Shown piece by piece: positions 38,227 to 48,011 of a stretch of DNA of 64,000 nt (positions are counted from its first letter, which is position 1; each line of letters opens with the position of its first letter). The stretch is from Acidimicrobiia bacterium (GTDB lineage Bacteria > Actinomycetota > Acidimicrobiia > Spongiisociales > JAHEDJ01). The stretch covers positions 1,802 to 65,801 of the forward strand of contig JARGFH010000010.1 of assembly GCA_029210695.1 (NCBI GenBank), given 5' to 3'. The notes beneath the pieces were generated by a model. That model worked only from the letters and a program-made list of their open reading frames with translations. It had not been told where the DNA came from and made no database searches. Position numbers and translations under genes: made by a program.

Positions 38227-39855
38227 GTGAAACCGGGTCAGCCTGCCGATCTCATTGTCCACGGTGGCACCATCGTGACGGTGGATCGGGACCAACCCGA
38301 AGCCGACCACCTCATTGTCCGGGGTGGAAGGATCGTGGCGATGAGCGGTGGCCTCGACGAGTGGGTAGGTCCCGGGACGGATATCGTCGATCTGGATGGC
38401 CGGATGGTGCTGCCCGGCTTCCAGGACTCCCATGTTCATCCCCCGATTGGTGGGCTGAATCTCCTGCGCTGCAACCTGGCGAACGACCCCGATCGAGGCG
38501 CCTATCTGGACAGCATCCGGCGGTATGCCGACGATCACCCCGAGCGGGAGTGGATTCTGGGAGGCGGCTGGGGCATGGATCACTTCCCCAACGGCATTCC
38601 AACCAGGGACGAACTCGACCGCCTGGTTGCCGACCGCCCGGTATTCCTCGTCAACCGGGACGGCCACGGCGCATGGGTCAACTCGAAAGCTTTGGAACTG
38701 GCCGGTATCGGACGGCACACCGACGACCCGGCCGACGGTCGAATCGAGCGAGACGCCGGCGGAGATCCCATCGGCTGCCTGCAGGAAGGTGCCATGGATC
38801 TGGTCGAGAGGTTGGTGCCTGAGACAACGGATACCGAACTGCAACAGGCACTGACCAAAGGGCAGAGCTACCTGTTGTCGCTGGGGATCACTGCCTGGCA
38901 GGACGCCTGGGTAACCAGCCAGGTTGAAGAGGCATATCGAACTCTTGCAGCGGACGGGAGTCTGAAAGCCCGGGTGGTCGGCGCGCTCTGGTGGGAACGG
39001 GATCGAGGCGAAGAGCAGATCGAAGAGCTCCAGCGGAGGAGGGCAAGGGGGCCGGCCGGGAGATTCAAACCCGGCGCAGTGAAGATCATGCTCGACGGCG
39101 TCGCCGAGAACTTCACGGCCGCGCTGCTCGAGCCGTACCGCGGCGCAGACGGCCGGCCAACCAAGAACGCCGGCCTCGACTTCATTGACCCGTCGCGGCT
39201 CGGCCGATACGTAGCGCGGTTGGACGCCGCCGGGTTTCAGGTCCACTTCCATGCCATCGGCGATCGCGCCGTCCGAAACGCCCTGGACGCCGTCGACCAG
39301 GCCAGACGGGTCAACGGCGCATCGGATCACCGCCATCACATTGCCCATCTCCAGCTGGTTCACCCGGACGACATCCCTCGATTCCGCCTGCTCGACGTGG
39401 TGGCCAACGCGCAGCCGTTCTGGGCGGTCCACGAGGACCAGCAGGATCACCTCACTGCTCCGTTTCTGGGTCCACACCGCAGCGGTTGGCAATACCCGTG
39501 GCACAGCCTGGTGCGCAGTGGCGCTCGCCTTGCCTTCGGAAGCGACTGGTCGGTATCCACCCCGAACCCCCTGGCGATCATCGAAACCGCGGTGAGGCGT
39601 GTGTCGCCGTTCGATCGAGCTGCCGCCGAGTTCTATCCCGAGGAAAGGCTTGATCTCGGAATTGCCTTGCAGGCGGCCACCAGAGGAAGCGCCTACGTGA
39701 ATCATCTCGATCACCTGACCGGGACTCTGGTCCCCGGCAAACTGGCCGACTTCGTCGTCCTGGATCGTGACATCCGCCACAGCCCCGTGGATGAGATCGC
39801 TGATGCAGGAGTGGAGATGACGTTCATCGAAGGCGAGTGCGTTTATGAGAACTGA
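38227..39855 (+). CDS. amidohydrolase family protein (amidohydrolase-3 / metal-dependent hydrolase)
   Basis: N-terminal PGFQDSHVHP metal-binding HxH motif. FHAIGDRA and AFGSDWSV(ST) C-terminal metal ligands. 542 aa. Confidence 0.75.
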   Translation: MKPGQPADLIVHGGTIVTVDRDQPEADHLIVRGGRIVAMSGGLDEWVGPGTDIVDLDGRMVLPGFQDSHVHPPIGGLNLLRCNLANDPDRGAYLDSIRRYADDHPEREWILGGGWGMDHFPNGIPTRDELDRLVADRPVFLVNRDGHGAWVNSKALELAGIGRHTDDPADGRIERDAGGDPIGCLQEGAMDLVERLVPETTDTELQQALTKGQSYLLSLGITAWQDAWVTSQVEEAYRTLAADGSLKARVVGALWWERDRGEEQIEELQRRRARGPAGRFKPGAVKIMLDGVAENFTAALLEPYRGADGRPTKNAGLDFIDPSRLGRYVARLDAAGFQVHFHAIGDRAVRNALDAVDQARRVNGASDHRHHIAHLQLVHPDDIPRFRLLDVVANAQPFWAVHEDQQDHLTAPFLGPHRSGWQYPWHSLVRSGARLAFGSDWSVSTPNPLAIIETAVRRVSPFDRAAAEFYPEERLDLGIALQAATRGSAYVNHLDHLTGTLVPGKLADFVVLDRDIRHSPVDEIADAGVEMTFIEGECVYEN

Positions 39856-39865
39856 AAGGTGACAA

Positions 39866-42361
39866 ATGACGGATGACGGAAGTCGGAGCATGGCGGAGAC
39901 GAGGCCGGACAAGTCGCTCCCCGATCGGGCGCGAGTAGTCATCATCGGAGGCGGCGTGATCGGTGCCAGCGTCGCCTATCACCTCACCAAGCTCGGATGG
40001 AGTGACGTAGTCCTGTTGGAGCGCGATCAGCTCAACTCGGGTACCACCTGGCACGCGGCGGGTCTCGTCGTGTCGGGAGGCATGACAACGGAGACGCTGG
40101 CATGGATGGCGAAGTACTCGCGTGACCTCTTCGAGGTCCTCGAGGAGGAGACGGGTCTCTCGACGGGTTTTCGCCCCGTTGGATACCTGCAGACGGGGAG
40201 CACGAAGGAGCGGACGCACAAGCTCCGCCGCGAAGCGGACTTCATGCGACTCATGGGGATCGATCGCCAGGAAATCTCTCCTGCTGAGGTCGCCGCCATG
40301 TGGCCTCAGATTGACGCCAGAGATGTCATGGCAGGCTTCTTCACTGCCAACGAGGGTAGGGCCGATCCCTCGAGCGTCACGCTGTCCCTGGCCAAAGGGG
40401 CGAGGATGCGAGGCGCTCGCGTTTTCGAAGGCACTCGCGTAACCGGGATCCAGAAAGAGGATGGACGAGTCACCGGGGTCTTGACCGACCAGGGGACGAT
40501 TGAAGCCGAGTACGTCGTCAACTGCGCAGGGATGTGGGCGAAACAGGTCGGTGCAATGGCCGGCGCCTCGGTGCCACTCCAGGCGATCGAGCATGCGTAC
40601 TTGATCAGCGAGCCATTCGAGGGGGTGTCGCGAGATCTGCCGATCTTCGAAGATCCGGATCGGTTCGCCTACTACCGCGAAGAGGTCGGGGGTCTCATGG
40701 TGGGTCTCTTCGAGCCGGTGGCGGCTCCGTGGTCGCTCGACGCCATTCCCGATGATTTCAGCTTCGGTGAGATACCGTCGGATTGGGATCGACTGGCGCC
40801 TTTTTTGGAGTACGCGATGGAGATCCTGCCCGCCCTGGCCAACGTGGGCATTCGCAAGTTATTCACCGGCCCTGAGAGTTTCACTCCGGATAATGGATTC
40901 CTGATCGGGGAGGCTCCCGAGCTGCGCAACTTCTTCGTGGCCGCCGGCTTCAATTCCTTGGGGATCCTCACCGGCGGCGGCGCCGGGTCGATAGTCGCCA
41001 ACTGGATCGTCGATGGCCTTCCGCCGGTCGACGTTACTGACATCGACATCGCCAGGTTGCTGCCGTTTCAGACGAACCGCCCGTATCTGGCGGAACGCAG
41101 CGTCGAGTTGCTCGGCAGGCTGCACTCGACGGGCTCATGGCCGCACTCCCACCCGACCACGGCACGAAACGTGCGGCGCTCCGCGATACACGAAAGACTC
41201 GAGAAGGCCGGAGCTCATTTTGCGGACTCCTCCGGATGGGAAAACGCCGCCTGGTTCGCGCCGCCCGGCGTCGAGATCGAGTACCAGCAGGCCTACGCAC
41301 GCAAGGAGTGGTTCGAGTTTCATGCAGCCGAACACAAGGCGGTCCGCCAGGGTGTGGCGCTGTTCGACCTGTCGTCGATGTCGAAGTTCCTGCTGCAAGG
41401 CCCCGATGCCGAGAGTTCTCTCAATCATCTGGCAGGCAACAATGTGGCGGTCCCGATCGGGCGGTGCGTCTACACACAGTTCTTGAACGTGCGAGGAGGT
41501 GTGGAAGCCGATGTGACGGTGACCCGGATTGCGGGGGACCGCTTTTTCATCGTCGCCGCTGAGGCTTTTCATCGGAGGGTTGAGAACATGCTGCATAGGG
41601 GCATACCGGCCAACGCCCGCGCCTATGTGACGGACGTGACTTCCGGATACACACTGCTCAGTGTGCAGGGCCCCGAGTCGCGCAATCTTCTGAGCACCGT
41701 CACGACCGCCGGGTTGACCAACGACGTCTTCCCCTACTTCACGGGGCAAGAAATCGACATACACATGGCGAGGGTTTGGGCGCTGAGGATGAGCTTCGTC
41801 GGTGAACTCGGATGGGAACTCTACGTCCCCACGGAATTCGCCCTCGGCGTGTACGACCGGATCATCGAAGCCGGAGCCGAGTTCGGTCTCGCGCACGCTG
41901 GCATCGAGACGCTCGAGAGCACTCGGACCGAAGCAGGCAGGCGAGACTACGGGCTCGACATGGAGAACAGCGACACTGCTCTCGAAGCAGGCCTCGGCTT
42001 TGCCATCGATTTCGACAAGCCGGGCGGATTTGTCGGTCGCCGGGCGCTCCTGGCGCAACGGGAAAACCGGCCACTGCCATCCCGGCTGGTCCAGTTCCTG
42101 CTCGAAGATCCCGAGCCGCTGCTGTACGGGGAAGAGCCCATTCTGCGCAACGGGGTGGCGGTTGGCTACCTTCGATCGGGCGCCTACGGGCACACACTCG
42201 GCGGTGCCATGGGATTCGGCTACGTTGAACACGCCGACGGTGTGACCCCGGATCTACTCCGCGCTGGTGGATTTGAGATCCTGGTGGCGGGTGAACGATT
42301 CTCCGCCAGAGCATCGCTCCGGCCGATGTACGACCCCGGGGCCGAACGTGTGCGAATGTGA
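39866..42361 (+). CDS. dimethylglycine-oxidase/dehydrogenase-like protein (N-terminal FAD DAO domain fused to C-terminal GcvT folate-binding aminomethyltransferase domain)
   Basis: 831 aa. VVIIGGGVIGASVAYHL Rossmann motif and TTWHAAGLV. C-terminal GcvT-like region (GELGWELYVP, RLEAG). Architecture and length match Arthrobacter DMGO and DMGDH/sarcosine dehydrogenase. Confidence 0.75.
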   Translation: MTDDGSRSMAETRPDKSLPDRARVVIIGGGVIGASVAYHLTKLGWSDVVLLERDQLNSGTTWHAAGLVVSGGMTTETLAWMAKYSRDLFEVLEEETGLSTGFRPVGYLQTGSTKERTHKLRREADFMRLMGIDRQEISPAEVAAMWPQIDARDVMAGFFTANEGRADPSSVTLSLAKGARMRGARVFEGTRVTGIQKEDGRVTGVLTDQGTIEAEYVVNCAGMWAKQVGAMAGASVPLQAIEHAYLISEPFEGVSRDLPIFEDPDRFAYYREEVGGLMVGLFEPVAAPWSLDAIPDDFSFGEIPSDWDRLAPFLEYAMEILPALANVGIRKLFTGPESFTPDNGFLIGEAPELRNFFVAAGFNSLGILTGGGAGSIVANWIVDGLPPVDVTDIDIARLLPFQTNRPYLAERSVELLGRLHSTGSWPHSHPTTARNVRRSAIHERLEKAGAHFADSSGWENAAWFAPPGVEIEYQQAYARKEWFEFHAAEHKAVRQGVALFDLSSMSKFLLQGPDAESSLNHLAGNNVAVPIGRCVYTQFLNVRGGVEADVTVTRIAGDRFFIVAAEAFHRRVENMLHRGIPANARAYVTDVTSGYTLLSVQGPESRNLLSTVTTAGLTNDVFPYFTGQEIDIHMARVWALRMSFVGELGWELYVPTEFALGVYDRIIEAGAEFGLAHAGIETLESTRTEAGRRDYGLDMENSDTALEAGLGFAIDFDKPGGFVGRRALLAQRENRPLPSRLVQFLLEDPEPLLYGEEPILRNGVAVGYLRSGAYGHTLGGAMGFGYVEHADGVTPDLLRAGGFEILVAGERFSARASLRPMYDPGAERVRM

Positions 42362-42408
42362 GGTGCCTTCTTTGACCGCCATCCGAACCGACCGAGGGAG
42401 CTGCGGCA

Positions 42409-43815
42409 ATGGGAAGTGAAAGTTGGGCAGTGCAGGCATTGGCCGGCGCCAAGCCGGCCGTGTTTTGGTCCGACCGCCAGGACGCTCCACCACCGGCACC
42501 TTCTCTTGGTGGCGAAGTCACGGCAGACCTCACCGTGATCGGCGGGGGCCTGACCGGCCTATGGACGGCGGTTCAGGCACTTGAGGATCAGCCCGACCTG
42601 AGCGTCGTCCTGCTCGAAGCCGAGCGATGCGGCTTTGGTGCCAGTTCCCGCAACGGTGGATTCTGTGACGGCTCGCTCACCCACGGCCTCGCAAACGGGC
42701 TGTCACACTGGCCCGATGAAATGAGGAGCCTGATCCGGCTCGGGCGCGAGAACCTCAACGGCATCGATGCCGGCATCATCCGTTACGGGATCAACGCCGA
42801 TTACCGGCGGGCAGCAGAAATCGACGTGGCGACGGAAGCCTGGCATGTCGAGGCCTTGGGGGAAGCAGTCGAGCAGCACGTGACGTTCGGAGACGACGTC
42901 GAGTTGGTCGGTGCCGATGAGATGCAGGCCCGGATCCATTCGCCGACCTACCTGGGTGGCCTCGTTCGCCACAACGACATAGCGTTGGTCGACCCTGCCC
43001 GTCTCTGTTGGGGGCTACGTCGAGCGGCGGAGTCTCTGGGTGCAGCGCTCTACGAGAACTCACCTGCCACGGCGGTGGAGAGCGATGGCCGCGACTTGAA
43101 AGTCGTAACTCCGACCGGCACCGTCCGCTGCGGGCGAGTCGTGATGGCCACCAACGCCTATGCCGGTCCCATCGGCCGACCGCGCCGGTACATCATCCCG
43201 GTCTACGACCATGTTCTCATGACCCAACCCTTGAGTTCGGAACAGCTGACGTCGATCGGATGGCAGGAAAGGGAGGGGGTTGGGGACGTTTCGAACCAGT
43301 TCCATTACTACCGGTTGACCGAAGACAACAGGATTCTGTGGGGCGGTTACGACGCTACTTATCACTTCGGTAGCGATCTGGATCCGCAACATGATCAAAG
43401 CCAGGTCACGCACGGCTTGCTGGCCGAACATTTCTTCGAGACATTCCCCCAACTCGAGGGCCTACGGTTCACGCATCGTTGGGGTGGACCCGTTGCGACG
43501 ACCTCGCATTTTGCCCCCACCTGGGGATCCGCCCACGGTGGCCGTCTGACATGGGTGGGCGGCTACACAGGATTGGGTGTTGGTTCCAGCCGCTTCGGGG
43601 CGCGGGTGGCTTTGGATCTTGTTTTCGGACGGACCACGGAATACACCGAGTTGGAAATGGTGAGGAAGAAGCCGTTTCCGTTCCCGCCCGAACCATTGCG
43701 GTGGGCAGTGGTCCAACTCACCCGCAAAGCCATCCAGAGATCCGACCGTCACGGCGGCAAACGCGGTGCCTGGCTCGGATTGCTCGACCGTTTTGGCGTG
43801 GGATTCGACTCGTGA
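42409..43815 (+). CDS. FAD-dependent oxidoreductase (DAO family; PuuB/sarcosine-oxidase-beta-like)
   Basis: LTVIGGGLTGLWTA Rossmann motif and GFGASSRNGG. About 468 aa. Confidence 0.7.
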   Translation: MGSESWAVQALAGAKPAVFWSDRQDAPPPAPSLGGEVTADLTVIGGGLTGLWTAVQALEDQPDLSVVLLEAERCGFGASSRNGGFCDGSLTHGLANGLSHWPDEMRSLIRLGRENLNGIDAGIIRYGINADYRRAAEIDVATEAWHVEALGEAVEQHVTFGDDVELVGADEMQARIHSPTYLGGLVRHNDIALVDPARLCWGLRRAAESLGAALYENSPATAVESDGRDLKVVTPTGTVRCGRVVMATNAYAGPIGRPRRYIIPVYDHVLMTQPLSSEQLTSIGWQEREGVGDVSNQFHYYRLTEDNRILWGGYDATYHFGSDLDPQHDQSQVTHGLLAEHFFETFPQLEGLRFTHRWGGPVATTSHFAPTWGSAHGGRLTWVGGYTGLGVGSSRFGARVALDLVFGRTTEYTELEMVRKKPFPFPPEPLRWAVVQLTRKAIQRSDRHGGKRGAWLGLLDRFGVGFDS

Positions 43816-43879
43816 CCCCCACGTTTCAGCAACCGATCAACAACCCACGCTAACCACGCCGACGCAAGGAGATTTCCGC

Positions 43880-45259
43880 ATGACTGTCGACTACCGCAGT
43901 CTTTCGTTCTGGCTGGATGCTCATCCCGGAGCACTCGACCCACGCCCCCCGCTCGGGGGCGACACTCAGGTCGACGTGGCCATAGTCGGTGGCGGATACA
44001 CCGGCCTGTGGACCGCCTACTACCTCCTCCGCCTGGACCCGACATTGCGGGTGTTGGTGATCGAGAAGGAGATCGTCGGTTTCGGCGCCTCAGGTCGCAA
44101 TGGGGGTTGGTGTGTCGGTGAACTGGCGGCGAGCCCGGATCGTCATGAGCGGGTCGCCGGCAACGATGCCGCTCGGCGTTTGCTGCGAGAGGTTTTCGAC
44201 TCGGTCGATGAGGTGGGGCGCGTTGGAGAAAGGGAGGGTATCGACTGTCACTTCGCCAAGGGGGGCACGATCCGCTTGGCTCGAAACGAGGCACAGTTGG
44301 CGCGTCAGCGTGCAGAGGTCGCCCACCACCAGCTTTCATTCGGACTCACCGACGATGATCTCCGCATGCTCGACGCCGGTGAAGCCAGGGCTCATCTCAA
44401 TGCCACCGACGTGGTTGGGGGGTTGTTCTACGCCCATACCGCGGCATTGGACCCTGCCCGACTCGTCCGGGGTTTGGGCGAAGCGGTCGAGCGGTTGGGC
44501 GGCACTATCGTCGAGCAGACCGCTGCGACCGCCATCGAAGCGGGTCGGGTCGTGACCGAACTCGGCACAGTTGGGGCAGAGGTGGTGGTGCGAGCCACTG
44601 AGGGCTACACCCCAACGCTCGAGGGCCACGGGCGCACGCTGTCGCCCCTGTACTCCCTGATGGTGGCCACCGAACCACTCGGCGACGACCGTTGGGCAGA
44701 AATCGGGCTGTCCGACCGGCAGACTTTCTCAGATGATCGCCACATGGTCATCTACGGCCAGCGCACCGCGGATGGACGAATTGCGTTCGGTGGGCGAGGT
44801 GCGCCCTATGGTTTTGGCTCCAGGATCGACCCGGCCATCGAGCAGCGGTCGCGAATACACGATCGGATCGTCGCCTCACTGGTTGAGTTGTTCCCGGTAC
44901 TTGAAGGCATCGGCATCACCCACCGCTGGGGCGGGGTGCTCGGTGTGCCGCGCGACTGGTACCCGTCGGTCGGGTTCGATCGCACCACCGGGATCGCCTG
45001 GGCAGGCGGTTACGTCGGGGAGGGCGTATCGCCGTCAAACCTCGCCGGTCGCACACTCGCCGAGCTGATTACGGGCACTGAGTCTCCGCGGGTCGATCTC
45101 CCCTGGGTGGGGCATCGGTCCCGCAAATGGGAACCCGAACCGATTCGCTGGCTCGCTATCAACGGCGCCCTGGCAGTGATGGGACAGGCGGACCGCTCCG
45201 AGTCACGCTCCGGCAAGGACTCCACTCTTGCCAAGCTGATGTGGAAGTTGATGCGGTGA
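43880..45259 (+). CDS. FAD-dependent oxidoreductase (DAO family), paralog of 42409..43815
   Basis: ATG 43880 with AAGGAGA RBS. VAIVGGGYTGLWTA and GFGASGRNGG are co-linear with the upstream paralog. Confidence 0.7.
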   Translation: MTVDYRSLSFWLDAHPGALDPRPPLGGDTQVDVAIVGGGYTGLWTAYYLLRLDPTLRVLVIEKEIVGFGASGRNGGWCVGELAASPDRHERVAGNDAARRLLREVFDSVDEVGRVGEREGIDCHFAKGGTIRLARNEAQLARQRAEVAHHQLSFGLTDDDLRMLDAGEARAHLNATDVVGGLFYAHTAALDPARLVRGLGEAVERLGGTIVEQTAATAIEAGRVVTELGTVGAEVVVRATEGYTPTLEGHGRTLSPLYSLMVATEPLGDDRWAEIGLSDRQTFSDDRHMVIYGQRTADGRIAFGGRGAPYGFGSRIDPAIEQRSRIHDRIVASLVELFPVLEGIGITHRWGGVLGVPRDWYPSVGFDRTTGIAWAGGYVGEGVSPSNLAGRTLAELITGTESPRVDLPWVGHRSRKWEPEPIRWLAINGALAVMGQADRSESRSGKDSTLAKLMWKLMR

Positions 45260-45377
45260 TCGGATTCATTTCAAGCAGGAAGCGCTCATCATCGGAGATG
45301 TCCAGCTCGACAGGATCGATGCTTCGCCAACTCGATCACAAATCCGTTAGCGATCCACTCGAGAGGGGAAGGCACCC

Positions 45378-47849
45378 ATGATCCGAACAACCGGTTCCAC
45401 CACCAAGTCCAAGGCGACTTTGCCGGACCGAACGCAGGTTCTCGTGATCGGCGGTGGCGTGATTGGAGCGAGTGTCGCCTATCACCTGACCCGGCGGGGT
45501 ATCACAGACGTCACCGTCATCGAACAGGGTGCGCTCACCGGCGGAACTACCTGGCACGCGGCCGGCCTGGTGTCTCAGCTCAAGTCCTCGCACAGCCTCA
45601 CCCGGTTGGCAACCTATTCGGCGAGGCTGTTCGAAGAACTCGAAGACGAGACCGGACAAGCGACCGGATGGCGCACACCGGGCTCAATCTCGGTGGCGGC
45701 CGATGAGGAACGCTGGGAGGAAATCCTGCGCGGTGCCACGATGGCAACCACTGTTGATGTCGAGACGGAGGTGATCGACCTCGATCGCGCCAAGGAGCTG
45801 TTTCCCCTCCTCAACACCGATGACCTGGTGGGAGCGCTGTACATCCCGGACGACGGCGTCACCTCTCCGGTCGATACGACCATGGCGCTGGCCAAGGGTG
45901 CCAAAGCGCGCGGAGCGCGGATCATCGAAGGCGTCGCAGTAACGAAGCTCGTTGCCGAAAACGGCCGGATCGTCGGCGTCGAGACCGAGCAGGGGTACGT
46001 CGAAACCGAGACCGTCGTGCTTGCCGGTGGGATCTGGACCCGTCACCTCGCCGAGACGGTTGGTGTCAACGTTCCACTCCAGGCCTGCGAGCACTTCTAC
46101 ATAGTCACTGAGCCGCTCGACGGTGTGGAACGGGGTATGCCCACGCTCCGCGACCCGGGTGGCTACACCTACTTCAAGGAAGAGACCGGCAAGATAATGG
46201 CCGGGTTCTTCGAGCCCCGGGCCAAGGTATGGCGATTGGACGGTATCCCACGGGACTTCTCGTTCGGTACCCTCCCGGAGGATTGGGAACACATCGGACC
46301 GATCTTCGAGAGGGCCATCCACCGGGTCCCGGCGTTGGGGGAGTGCGGGCTCGAGCTCTTCTTCAACGGCCCGGAAGCCTTCACCCCCGATGGGGTGTAC
46401 TACCTCGGCGAAGCACCGGAGGTCGACGGATGCTACGTCGCGGCAGGCTTCAACTCGGTGGGACTCCAGTCGGCAGGTGGCGTGGGGTGGGTGCTCGCCG
46501 ACTGGATCGCTGACGGCCATCCACCCATGGACCTTGCGTCGGTCGATATCCGCCGTGCCTTTCCTTTCCAGAGGAATCCGCACTACCTCCAGGAGCGCAT
46601 CTCGGAGAGCCTGGGCTTGCTCTATGCCATGCACTGGCCGTTCCGCCAGTACGAGAGCGCCCGCAATCAGCGGCTGTCTCCGATCCACGATCGACTCGAT
46701 GCCGGCGGTGCAGTATTCGGTGAGGTAGCCGGGTGGGAGCGACCGAACTGGTTTGCCCTCGAGGGTCAGGAACGGGTCTACGAGTACAGCTACGGCAAGC
46801 AGAACTGGTTTGATGCTTCCCGTGTCGAGTGCGGTGCAGTGCGAAACGCGGTCGGGCTCTTCGACCAGACGTGCTTCGTCAAGATCCGTGTCGAGGGCCC
46901 GGATGCACTCACCGCCCTCAACGAGATTTGCGCGAACGATGTCGATGTTCCCGCCGGCAAGGCTGTGTACACGCAATGGTGCAATGATCGGGGTGGAATC
47001 GAGGCCGACCTCACGGTCACCAGGATCGACGAAAACGACTACATGGTCGTCACCGCCGCGGCAGCCGGAACTCGTGACTTCGCCTGGCTTCGCCGAGGAT
47101 GTCGCGGCTACAACGTGGCCATCACCGATGTCACGGAGCAGACCTCGACACTCGGCTTGATGGGGCCGAACTCACGGGGGTTGCTCTCCAAGCTGACTTC
47201 GGCGGGACTGACCAACGACGTGTTCCCGTTCGGGACGGCGCAGCGGATTGAAGTGGCGGGACACAACGTGCTGGCTATGCGCATGACCTATGAGGGCGAA
47301 CTCGGCTGGGAACTCTACGTCCCGTGGGACGAGACGGGTTCCCTGTACGACGCCATCTTGGCGGCGGGCGATGAGTTCGGATTGAGGAACGCCGGATATC
47401 ACGCAATGAACACGCTGCGGCTCGAAGCCGGATATCGCCACTGGGGACATGACATCACCGACGAGGACACCCCGCTCGAAGCGGGGCTCGGGTTCGCAGT
47501 CGGATGGGAAAAACCATCGTTCAGAGGTCGGGAGGTTCTGCTTGCGCAACGTGAGCTCCCGAGGGCGAAGCGCCTCATCCAGTTCCGGCTCGAAGACCCG
47601 GATCGATTGCTGTACCACGACGAGCCCATCTTCCGCGATGGCCGAATAGTCGGTCGCACCAGCTCCGGAATGTGGAGCTATGCCCAGAATCGCTGTTTGG
47701 CGATGGGCTACCTGAACTATCGAGGCGGGGTAACCAAAGACTGGCTGGAGGCAGGCACGTACGAGATCGAAGTGGCCATGGAACGCATCCCGGCAACTGC
47801 CTCAATCCGCTCTTTCTACGATCCGATGAGCAGGCGCGTGAGAATGTGA
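45378..47849 (+). CDS. dimethylglycine-oxidase/dehydrogenase-like protein (FAD DAO + GcvT), paralog of 39866..42361
   Basis: 823 aa. VLVIGGGVIGASVAYHL and TTWHAAGLV. C-terminal GELGWELYVP and RLEAGY. Co-linear with the first copy. Confidence 0.75.
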   Translation: MIRTTGSTTKSKATLPDRTQVLVIGGGVIGASVAYHLTRRGITDVTVIEQGALTGGTTWHAAGLVSQLKSSHSLTRLATYSARLFEELEDETGQATGWRTPGSISVAADEERWEEILRGATMATTVDVETEVIDLDRAKELFPLLNTDDLVGALYIPDDGVTSPVDTTMALAKGAKARGARIIEGVAVTKLVAENGRIVGVETEQGYVETETVVLAGGIWTRHLAETVGVNVPLQACEHFYIVTEPLDGVERGMPTLRDPGGYTYFKEETGKIMAGFFEPRAKVWRLDGIPRDFSFGTLPEDWEHIGPIFERAIHRVPALGECGLELFFNGPEAFTPDGVYYLGEAPEVDGCYVAAGFNSVGLQSAGGVGWVLADWIADGHPPMDLASVDIRRAFPFQRNPHYLQERISESLGLLYAMHWPFRQYESARNQRLSPIHDRLDAGGAVFGEVAGWERPNWFALEGQERVYEYSYGKQNWFDASRVECGAVRNAVGLFDQTCFVKIRVEGPDALTALNEICANDVDVPAGKAVYTQWCNDRGGIEADLTVTRIDENDYMVVTAAAAGTRDFAWLRRGCRGYNVAITDVTEQTSTLGLMGPNSRGLLSKLTSAGLTNDVFPFGTAQRIEVAGHNVLAMRMTYEGELGWELYVPWDETGSLYDAILAAGDEFGLRNAGYHAMNTLRLEAGYRHWGHDITDEDTPLEAGLGFAVGWEKPSFRGREVLLAQRELPRAKRLIQFRLEDPDRLLYHDEPIFRDGRIVGRTSSGMWSYAQNRCLAMGYLNYRGGVTKDWLEAGTYEIEVAMERIPATASIRSFYDPMSRRVRM

Positions 47850-47883
47850 AGATGCCGACTAATGCGGCGAGAGGGAGAGGCGT

Positions 47884-47962
47884 TAGTTCTAGGTTCTAGG
47901 TTCTGGGTGCTAGTCAGTAATCGCGGCCGATCACAAAACCTAGAACCTATGACCCAGAACCT
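47884..47962. repeat. inverted array of TTCTAGG-like heptamers forming a long imperfect hairpin between convergent genes
   Basis: Left arm TAGTTCT-AGGTTCT-AGGTTCT-GGGT. Right arm AACC-TAGAACC-TATGACC-CAGAACC. AGGTTCTGGGT / ACCCAGAACCT are exact 11-nt complements. Lies between the DMGO-like stop (47849) and the TMADH-like stop (48012). Confidence 0.5.
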
Positions 47963-48011
47963 CCCAATGTGAGCGGCGTCTCTGGAGAATCTCCTATGCC
48001 GTGCCGTTTGC

